Below are positions 25,458 to 35,500 of a stretch of 64,000 nt of DNA, in pieces (position 1 is the stretch's first letter; each line of letters starts with the position of its first letter). Both the position numbers and the translations under genes were made by a program. Origin of the DNA: Eukaryota sp. GEM-RC1 (lineage: Eukaryota); NCBI GenBank assembly GCA_040285855.1, contig JAUFOQ010000003.1, positions 372,001-436,000 on the forward strand, in the 5' to 3' direction. The notes beneath the pieces are model-generated. The model worked only from the letters and a program-made list of their open reading frames with translations, did not search any database and was not told where the DNA came from.

Positions 25458-28186
25458 TGAAAAAAAGAAACCAGGTTGCATCACTGTTGTTATGTTAATT
25501 ATTGGTGTTCAGTTTCTAGTCAGCTGAATGGCACCATGTGGAGTTGAACTCCGTTTATGTTCGATAGATGAATATTTCAAATTTTGCTGCAAGCAACCTC
25601 TGTACTACCAACAGTACGAACTATAACACAGTTTGATAGACATTGAGATTCAGTCCTCTTTCGGGTCTATGGATTTCACCGATAACAGTGAATCTCTTGT
25701 CAAAAATTTTGTTAGACAACAACGATTTGTCTCTTTGGTAATCAAAGTCCTAGAAAATACTTCTCAGTACGTTACAGGGAACATCTGAAACCGTATACTT
25801 TCATCTAAATGTACAGTTTGTATCAATTTGTTCCTTTAACCGAACAGTTTTCAACAACACTACAGTCTTCATCAACACGAACAACAACAGAATGTATGAA
25901 AAAAGGAAACCAGGTTGCATCACTGTTGTTATGTTAATTATTGGTGTTCAGTTTCTAGTCAACTGAATGGCACTATGTGGAGTTGAACTCCGTTGATGAA
26001 TATTTTAAATTTGCTGCAAGCAACCTCTGTACTACCAACAGTACGAACTATAACACAGTTTGATAGACATTGAGATTCAGACCTCTTTCGGATCTATGAA
26101 TTTCATTGATAACAGTGAATCTCTTGTCAAAATTTTGTTAGACAATAACGATTTTTCTCTTTGGTAATCAAAGTCCTAGAAAATACTTCTCAGTATGTAA
26201 CAGGGGACATCTAAATCCGTATACTGTCATCTAAATGTACAGTTTGTGTCAATTTGTTCCTTTAACCGAATAGTGATCAACAACACTACAGTCTTCATCA
26301 ACACGAACAACAACAAAAGAGATACAAGATGGATGAAAAAAAGAAACCAGGTTGCATCACTGTTGTTATGTTAATTATTGGTGTTCAGTTTCTAGTCAGC
26401 TGAATGGCACCATGTGGAGTTGAACTCCGTTTATGTTCGATAGATGAATATTTCAAATTTTGCTGCAAGCAACCACCAACAGTACGAACTATAACACAGT
26501 TTGATAGACATTGAGATTCAGTCCTCTTTCGGGTCTATGGATTTCACCGATAACAGTGAATCTCTTGTCAAAATTTTGTTAGACAACAACGATTTGTCTC
26601 TTTGGTAATCAAAGTCCTAGAAAATACTTCTCAGTACGTTACAGGGAACATCTGAAACCGTATACTCTCATCTAAATGTACAGTCGATATCAATTTGTTC
26701 CTTTAACCGAACAGTTTTCAACAACACTACAGTCTTCATCAACACGAACAACAACAAAAGAGATACAAGATGGATGAAAAAGGAAACCAGGTTGCATCAC
26801 TGTTGTTATGTTAATTATTGGTGTTCAGTTTCTAGTCAGCTGAATGGCACCATGTGGAGTTGAACTCCGTTTATGATCGACAGATATTTTAAAATTTTGC
26901 TGCAAGCAACCTCTGTACTACTAACAGTCGAACTATAACACAGTTTGATAGACATTGAGCTTCAGACCTCCTTCGGATCTATGGATGTCACCGATAACAG
27001 TGAATCTCTTGTCGTAATTTTGTTAGACAACAAAGATTTTTCTCTTTGGTAATCAAAGTCCTAGAAGATACTTCTCAGTACGTTAAAGGGAACATCTAAA
27101 ACCGTACACTCTCATTTAAATGTACAGTTTGTATCAATTTGTTCCTTTAACCGAACAGTTTTCAACAACGCTACAGTCTTCATCAGCACGAACAACAACA
27201 AAAGAGATACAAAATGGAAAAAACGGGGTTTATGATCGTTCAGTGAAATACATGCATTTGCAGAAGTTAATAACTAACAGTCACTAACTAAAGTATCTAA
27301 ACTATAATCCTTCTGTCCATCACCGAACAACTTACCTAAAATTGAATTAAAATATCTGTGCATTGAACGAAACAACGCAAACATTAACCTGCTCAACGAA
27401 AAATTACAAGACGGATGGAAAAAAAAGGGAAACCAGGTTGCATCACTCTTGTTGTGTTAATAATTGGTGTTCAGTCTCTAGTCAGCTGAATGGCACCATG
27501 TGGAGTTGAACTCCGTTTATGATCGACAGATATTTTAAATTTTTGCTGCAAGCAACCTCTGTACTACCAACAGTACGAACTATAACACAGTTTGATAGAC
27601 ACTGAGATTCAGACCTCTTTCGGATCTATGAATTTCATTGATAACAGTGAATCTCTTGTCAAAATTTTGTTAGACAATAACGATTTTTCTCTCTGGTAAT
27701 CAAAGTCCTAGAAAATACTTCTCAGTACGTTACAGGGAACATCTAAAACCGTATACTCTCATCTAAATGTACAGTTTGTATTAATTTGTTCCTTTAACCG
27801 AACAGTTTTCAACAACACTACAGTCTTCATCAACACGAACAACAACAGAATGTATGAAAAAAGAAACCAGGTTGCATCACTGTTGTTATGTTAATTATTG
27901 GTGTTCAGTTTCTAGTCAGCTGAATGACACCATGTGGAGTTGAACTCCGTTTATGATCGATAGATATTTTAAATTTTTGCTGCAAGCAACCTCTGTACTA
28001 CCAACAGTACGAACTATAACACAGTTTGATAGACATTAAGATTCAGACCTCTTTCGGATCTATGGATTTCATTGATAACAGTGAATCTCTTGTCAAAATT
28101 TGGTTAGACAACTACGATTTTTCTCTTTGGTAATCAAAGTCCTAGAAAATACTTCTCAGTACGTAACAGAGAACATCTAAAACCGT

Positions 28187-28444
28187 TTGAAAAGAAACGT
28201 AAGTTTAGAATGGCTGAATGGAAAAACCGTACAGTGTTTTCCATATATCGGAATATGCCTTTCTATTTCTCTAGATTAATTGAGAAATTGTACACGTTTG
28301 GTGTGAAGGTTAATGTTGATAAACGTAATCTTTTACCGGGTGGTGATGAAGTCGTTTGGATTTAATCTTAGTATTATTTGGTTGTATTTACAATTTCATA
28401 GTTTTGTAGGAAGGTTACCTTATTGGGTGCCGAATAAAGTTGTC
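28187..28444 (+). mobile_element. Insert B: 258 bp 3' end of a second RLE non-LTR retrotransposon (also 29987-30244, 31780-32037)
   Basis: Aligns to ~60,660-60,893 and encodes EKKRKFRMAEWKNRTVFSIYRNMPFYFSRL...EVVWI*. Perfect TCTAAAACCGT duplication at 28176-28186 and 28445-28455. Confidence 0.9.
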
Positions 28445-31400
28445 TCTAAAACCGTATACTCTCATCTAAATGTACAGTTTGTATCAATTTGTTCCTTTAA
28501 CCGAACAGTTTTCAACAACGCTACAGTCTTCATCAACACGAACAACAACAAAAGAGATACAAGATGGAAAATACGGGGTTGATGATCAATCAGTGAAATA
28601 AATGCATTTGCAGAAGTTAATAACTAACAGACACTAACTAAAGTATCTAAACTATAATCCTTCTGTTCATCACCGAACAACTTACCTAAAATTGAATTAA
28701 AATATCTGTGCATTGAACGAAGCAACGCAAACGTTAACCTACTCAACCAAAAATTACGAGATGGATGAAAAAAGGAAACCAGGTTGCATCACTGTTGTTA
28801 TGTTAATTATTGGTGTTCAGTTTCTAGTCAGCTGAATGGCACCATGTGGAGTTGAACTCCGTTTATCAACGATAGATATTTTAAATTTTTGCTGCAAGCA
28901 ACCTCTGTACTACCAACAATACGAACTATAACTCAGTTTGATAGACATTGAGATTCAGAACTCTTTCGGATCTATGGATTTCACCGATAACAGTGAATCT
29001 CTTGTCAAAATTTTGTTAGACAAAAACGATTTTTCTCTTTGGTAATCAAAGTCCTAGAAAACACTTCTCAGTATGTAACAAGGGACATCTAAAACCATAG
29101 ATTCTCATCTAAATGTACAGTTGGTATCAATTTATTCCTTTAACCGAATAGTGATCAACAACACTACAGTCTTCATCAACACGAACAACAACAAAAGAGA
29201 TACAAGATGGATGGAAAAAAGGAAACCAGGTTGCATCACTGTTGTTAAGTTAATTATCAGTGTTCAGTTTCTAGTCAGCTGAATGGCACCATGTGGAGTT
29301 GAACTCCGTTTATGTTCGATAGATGAATATTTCAAATTTTGCTGCAAGCAACCTCTGTACTACCAACAGTACGAACTATAACACAGTTTGATAGACATTG
29401 AGATTCAGTCCTCTTTCGGGTCTATGGATTTCACCGATAACAGTGAATCTCTTGTCAAAATTTTGTTAGACAACAACGATTTTTCTCTCTGGTAATCAAA
29501 GTCCTAGAAAATACTTCTCAGTACGTTACAGGGAACATCTAAAACCGTATACTCTCATCTAAATGTACAGTTTGTATTAATTTGTTCCTTTAACCGAACA
29601 GTTTTCAACAACACTACAGTCTTCATCAACACGAACAACAACAGAATGTATGAAAAAAAGAAACCAGGTTGCATCACTGTTGTTATGTTAATTATTGGTG
29701 TTCAGTTTCTAGTCAGCTGAATGGCACCATGTGGAGTTGAACTCCGTTTATGTTCGATAGATGAATATTTCAAATTTTGCTGCAAGCAACCTCTGTACTA
29801 CCAACAGTACGAACTATAACACAGTTTGATAGACATTGAGATTCAGTCCTCTTTCGGGTCTATGGATTTCACCGATAACAGTGAATCTCTTGTCAAAATT
29901 TTGTTAGACAACTACGATTTTTCTCTTTGGTAATCAAAGTCCTAGAAAATACTTCTCAGTACGTAACAGAGAACATCTAAAACCGTTTGAAAAGAAACGT
30001 AAGTTTAGAATGGCTGAATGGAAAAACCGTACAGTGTTTTCCATATATCGGAATATGCCTTTCTATTTCTCTAGATTAATTGAGAAATTGTACACGTTTG
30101 GTGTGAAGGTTAATGTTGATAAACGTAATCTTTTACCGGGTGGTGATGAAGTCGTTTGGATTTAATCTTAGTATTATTTGGTTGTATTTACAATTTCATA
30201 GTTTTGTAGGAAGGTTACCTTATTGGGTGCCGAATAAAGTTGTCTCTAAAACCGTATACTCTCATCTAAATGTACAGTTTGTATGAATTTGTTCCTTTAA
30301 CCGAACAGTTTTCAACAACGCTACAGTCTTCATCAACACGAACAACAACAAAAGAGATACAAGATGGAAAATACGGGGTTGATGATCAATCAGTGAAATA
30401 AATGCATTTGCAGAAGTTAATAACTAACAGACACTAACTAAAGTATCTAAACTATAATCCTTCTGTTCATCACCGAACAACTTACCTAAAATTGAATTAA
30501 AATATCTGTGCATTGAACGAAGCAACGCAAACGTTAACCTACTCAACCAAAAATTACGAGATGGATGAAAAAAGGAAACCAGGTTGCATCACTGTTGTTA
30601 TGTTAATTATTGGTGTTCAGTTTCTAGTCAGCTGAATGGCACCATGTGGAGTTGAACTCCGTTTATCAACGATAGATATTTTAAATTTTTGCTGCAAGCA
30701 ACCTCTGTACTACCAACAATACGAACTATAACTCAGTTTGATAGACATTGAGATTCAGAACTCTTTCGGATCTATGGATTTCACCGATAACAGTGAATCT
30801 CTTGTCAAAATTTTGTTAGACAAAAACGATTTTTCTCTTTGGTAATCAAAGTCCTAGAAAACACTTCTCAGTATGTAACAAGGGACATCTAAAACCATAG
30901 ATTCTCATCTAAATGTACAGTTGGTATCAATTTATTCCTTTAACCGAATAGTGATCAACAACACTACAGTCTTCATCAACACGAACAACAACAGAAGAGA
31001 TACAAGATGGATAAAAAAAGGAAACCAGGTTGCATCACTCTTGTTATGTTAATTATTGGTGTTCAGTTTCTAGTCAGCTGAATGGCACCATGTGGAGTTG
31101 AACTCCGTTTCTGATCGACAGATATTTTAAATTTTTGCTGCAAGCAACCTCTGTACTACCAACAGTACGAACTATAACACAGTTTGATAGACATTGAGAT
31201 TCAGACCTCTTTCGGATCTATGAATTTCACCGATAACAGTGAATCTCTTGTCGTAATTTTGTTAGACAACAACGATTTGTCTCTTTGGTAATCAAAGTCC
31301 TAGAATATACTTCTCAGTACGTTACAGGGAACATCTGAATCCGTATATTCTCATCTAAATGTACAGTTTGTATCAATTTGTTCCTTTAACCGAACAGTTT

Positions 31401-34166
31401 TCAACAACACTACAGTCTTCATCAACACGAACAACAACAGAATGTATGAAAAAAGGAAACCAGGTTGCATCACTCTTGTTATGTTAATTATTGGTGTTCA
31501 GTTTCTAGTCAGCTGAATGACACCATGTGGAGTTGAACTCCGTTTATGATCGATAGATATTTTAAATTTTTGCTGCAAGCAACCTCTGTACTACCAACAG
31601 TACGAACTATAACACAGTTTGATAGACATTAAGATTCAGACCTCTTTCGGATCTATGGATTTCATTGATAACAGTGAATCTCTTGTCAAAATTTGGTTAG
31701 ACAACTACGATTTTTCTCTTTGGTAATCAAAGTCCTAGAAAATACTTCTCAGTACGTAACAGAGAACATCTAAAACCGTTTGAAAAGAAACGTAAGTTTA
31801 GAATGGCTGAATGGAAAAACCGTACAGTGTTTTCCATATATCGGAATATGCCTTTCTATTTCTCTAGATTAATTGAGAAATTGTACACGTTTGGTGTGAA
31901 GGTTAATGTTGATAAACGTAATCTTTTACCGGGTGGTGATGAAGTCGTTTGGATTTAATCTTAGTATTATTTGGTTGTATTTACAATTTCATAGTTTTGT
32001 AGGAAGGTTACCTTATTGGGTGCCGAATAAAGTTGTCTCTAAAACCGTATACTCTCATCTAAATGTACAGTTTGTATCAATTTGTTCCTTTAACCGAACA
32101 GTTTTCAACAACGCTACAGTCTTCATCAACACGAACAACAACAAAAGAGATACAAGATGGAAAATACGGGGTTGATGATCAATCAGTGAAATAAATGCAT
32201 TTGCAGAAGTTAATAACTAACAGACACTAACTAAAGTATCTAAACTATAATCCTTCTGTTCATCACCGAACAACTTACCTAAAATTGAATTAAAATATCT
32301 GTGCATTGAACGAAGCAACGCAAACGTTAACCTACTCAACCAAAAATTACGAGATGGATGAAAAAAGGAAACCAGGTTGCATCACTGTTGTTATGTTAAT
32401 TATTGGTGTTCAGTTTCTAGTCAGCTGAATGGCACCATGTGGAGTTGAACTCCGTTTATCAACGATAGATATTTTAAATTTTTGCTGCAAGCAACCTCTG
32501 TACTACCAACAATACGAACTATAACTCAGTTTGATAGACATTGAGATTCAGAACTCTTTCGGATCTATGGATTTCACCGATAACAGTGAATCTCTTGTCA
32601 AAATTTTGTTAGACAAAAACGATTTTTCTCTTTGGTAATCAAAGTCCTAGAAAACACTTCTCAGTATGTAACAAGGGACATCTAAAACCATAGATTCTCA
32701 TCTAAATGTACAGTTGGTATCAATTTATTCCTTTAACCGAATAGTGATCAACAACACTACAGTCTTCATCAACACGAACAACAACAGAAGAGATACAAGA
32801 TGGATAAAAAAAAGGAAACCAGGTTGCATCACTCTTGTTATGTTAATTATTGGTGTTCAGTTTCTAGTCAGCTGAATGGCACCATGTGGAGTTGAACTCC
32901 GTTTCTGATCGACAGATATTTTAAATTTTTGCTGCAAGCAACCTCTGTACTACCAACAGTACGAACTATAACACAGTTTGATAGACATTGAGATTCAGAC
33001 CTCTTTCGGATCTATGAATTTCACCGATAACAGTGAATCTCTTGTCGTAATTTTGTTAGACAACAACGATTTGTCTCTTTGGTAATCAAAGTCCTAGAAT
33101 ATACTTCTCAGTACGTTACAGGGAACATCTGAATCCGTATATTCTCATCTAAATGTACAGTTTGTATCAATTTGTTCCTTTAACCGAACAGTTTTCAACA
33201 ACACTACAGTCTTCATCAACACGAACAACAACAGAATGTATGAAAAAAGGAAACCAGGTTGCATCACTCTTGTTATGTTAATTATTGGTGTTCAGTTTCT
33301 AGTCAGCTGAATGACACCATGTGGAGTTGAACTCCGTTTATGATCGATAGATATTTTAAATTTTTGCTGCAAGCAACCTCTGTACTACCAACAGTACGAA
33401 CTATAACACAGTTTGATAGACATTAAGATTCAGACCTCTTTCGGATCTATGGATTTCATTGATAACAGTGAATCTCTTGTCAAAATTTGGTTAGACAACT
33501 ACGATTTTTCTCTTTGGTAATCAAAGTCCTAGAAAATACTTCTCAGTACGTAACAGGCAACATCTAAAACCGTATACTCTCATCTAAATGTACAGTTTGT
33601 ATCAATTTGTTCCTTTAACCGAATAGTTTTCAACAACACTACAGTCTTCATCAACACGAACAACAACAAAAGAGATGCGGGATGGATGAAAAAAGGAAAC
33701 CAGGTTGTATCACTGTTGTTATGTTAATTATCAGTGTTCAGTTTCTAGTCAACTGAATGGCACTATGTGGAGTTGAACTCCGTTGATGGATATATGAAGA
33801 TTTTAAATTTTGCTGCAAGCAACCTCTGTACTACCAACAGAACGAACTATAACTCAGTTTGATAGACATTGAGATTCAGAACTCTTTCGGATCTATGGAT
33901 TTTATCAATATCAGTGGGTGTATTGCCTATACATGTACTTTATTAGGGAACAGTTTGACGCGACTATTGTTCTCTTTGATAAGGATTACAAATTTGCTAG
34001 GTTGCCTTAGACGATGGTGTCTAAGGCAATGGCAGGATCGTTCTAAGTTTACAACAAAAGAATCAATTACTTGAACTAGAAATGAATTAAAACACAAGTA
34101 GCGATGCAACCAGAAACTAAATATTTAAATAATTAAAAACACACACAACTAAAAAACGACTACACT

Positions 34167-35408
34167 TTATTCTACCATCTGATCAGTTACATCCTCAGGA
34201 TTAATTGAATTATGAATCGAATGAGCCATTTCCCAAACCTGCAACACATTATCATCATCAACTGACGCAATCATCCAATCCTCAGTAGGACACCAACTAA
34301 AATCAGAAACACGATTAGTATGACCCCCATGAAGGAACAACAGCTCAGGAGGACCATCTTCTGCTTCTTCACTGGTCTGAGAAGCTCCAATTTTCTCCAT
34401 GTCCCACATGGCTATACGACGATCAGCTCCACTTGAAGCAAAGATTGACTCGCTGTGAAGGGAGAAGGAGACTCCAAACACTTCTTCAGAGTGACCTGAG
34501 AAGGTATATAGTGATTGGGATAGGGCTCGTGTATCAAATAGCTTCACGTCACCATCACCTCCAGCGGTCAAAAGTAACGTATCTCGATGTAGAGACCACG
34601 ACAGAGCATTACAAGGGTGTCCCTGGTGTGCAACGGTACTGTTGGCCACTGCTTTAGTACGTAAATCATATAATACAAGCTTCCCATCATCACCTACAGA
34701 ACCAATGATATCAGAAGTCTTTGGATGGAAAGCAACATCCTCAATCTTATCCTCATGAGCTGAGCACTTCCACAGAGTATCCACATCTCTATCACCAGTC
34801 TCCACGTCCCAAAGACAGACTGTTTGATCATAAGCTCCGCTGGTTAAATATCCTTTACGTGTCTTTGACCAATCAAGGCCATATCCTTCTTGAGTGTGAC
34901 CGTGTAGAGTCTTCATTGGACTAGGTTTCTCGTCGGGGAGGGGAGAACTTTTGTATGAAGTGTAGTCAAATAGATGGACCTTGCCAAATGGATCCTTGGT
35001 GGCTATTAGACTTGACTGGTGAGGACAGATTCTAGCTCTATTGACTTCACCGTCGTGTGGGATTCGTTGTTTGATTTGAACTTTTGATTGGGCAACTCCA
35101 TATCCACCAACGTCTCCTGGTCCAGTAATGCATTCTTCAATGTCGAGTTCCTTCTTTCTGCTTGGGGTATGAACTTCAGCAAGCATGAGATAATCTTGTT
35201 CTTCTCGTGAGGTGTGAGTTCCCAGTATCAGTTGTCTGACATCATAATTGCCATCAGACTCAGGAATACATTCAGGAAGCCACTCAACGGTGAAAGAGGG
35301 CCAAACAAGTGCATGTGTAAGGACAAAGTCATAAAGATATGGTGTATTTTTCTTCCAAATTTTGTATTCTTCAGCTATTGTGCTTTCAAGAGGAGGAGAT
35401 GAGTCCAT
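34167..35408 (-). CDS. RBBP4: Histone-binding WD40 protein RbAp48/MSI1 (CAF-1 subunit C)
   Basis: EEYKIWKKNTPYLYD, LILGTHTS, HDGEVNRAR and EDGPPELLFLHGGHT signature motifs. Confidence 0.97.
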   Translation of the reverse strand: MDSSPPLESTIAEEYKIWKKNTPYLYDFVLTHALVWPSFTVEWLPECIPESDGNYDVRQLILGTHTSREEQDYLMLAEVHTPSRKKELDIEECITGPGDVGGYGVAQSKVQIKQRIPHDGEVNRARICPHQSSLIATKDPFGKVHLFDYTSYKSSPLPDEKPSPMKTLHGHTQEGYGLDWSKTRKGYLTSGAYDQTVCLWDVETGDRDVDTLWKCSAHEDKIEDVAFHPKTSDIIGSVGDDGKLVLYDLRTKAVANSTVAHQGHPCNALSWSLHRDTLLLTAGGDGDVKLFDTRALSQSLYTFSGHSEEVFGVSFSLHSESIFASSGADRRIAMWDMEKIGASQTSEEAEDGPPELLFLHGGHTNRVSDFSWCPTEDWMIASVDDDNVLQVWEMAHSIHNSINPEDVTDQMVE

Positions 35409-35500
35409 GAGAGATGAATTGAAACAACAAGAAAAGGCAATTCACAAATTCACCTTTTCAACCAACATTCCCCCTTTAAACGTCTTTTACATCTTCTTAA

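Larger units (their letters stand above)
1..33905. repeat. Tandem array (satellite) of ~430-447 bp units with embedded inserts; continues past the left window edge
   Basis: The anchor GAAACCAGG recurs about 48 times (106, 543, 973, 1410 ... 33696) at ~430-447 bp spacing except where inserts intervene. Variant unit types alternate. The last unit diverges into unique DNA at ~33,905. Confidence 0.98.

Noticed and set aside
28313..28582. 89 aa ORF (also 31906-32175)
   Set aside because: A chimeric reading across insert B and the satellite unit, not a gene.
1..33905. CRISPR array
   Set aside because: Units are ~440 bp, inserts are few and repeated rather than unique spacers, there are no cas genes, and the context is eukaryotic.
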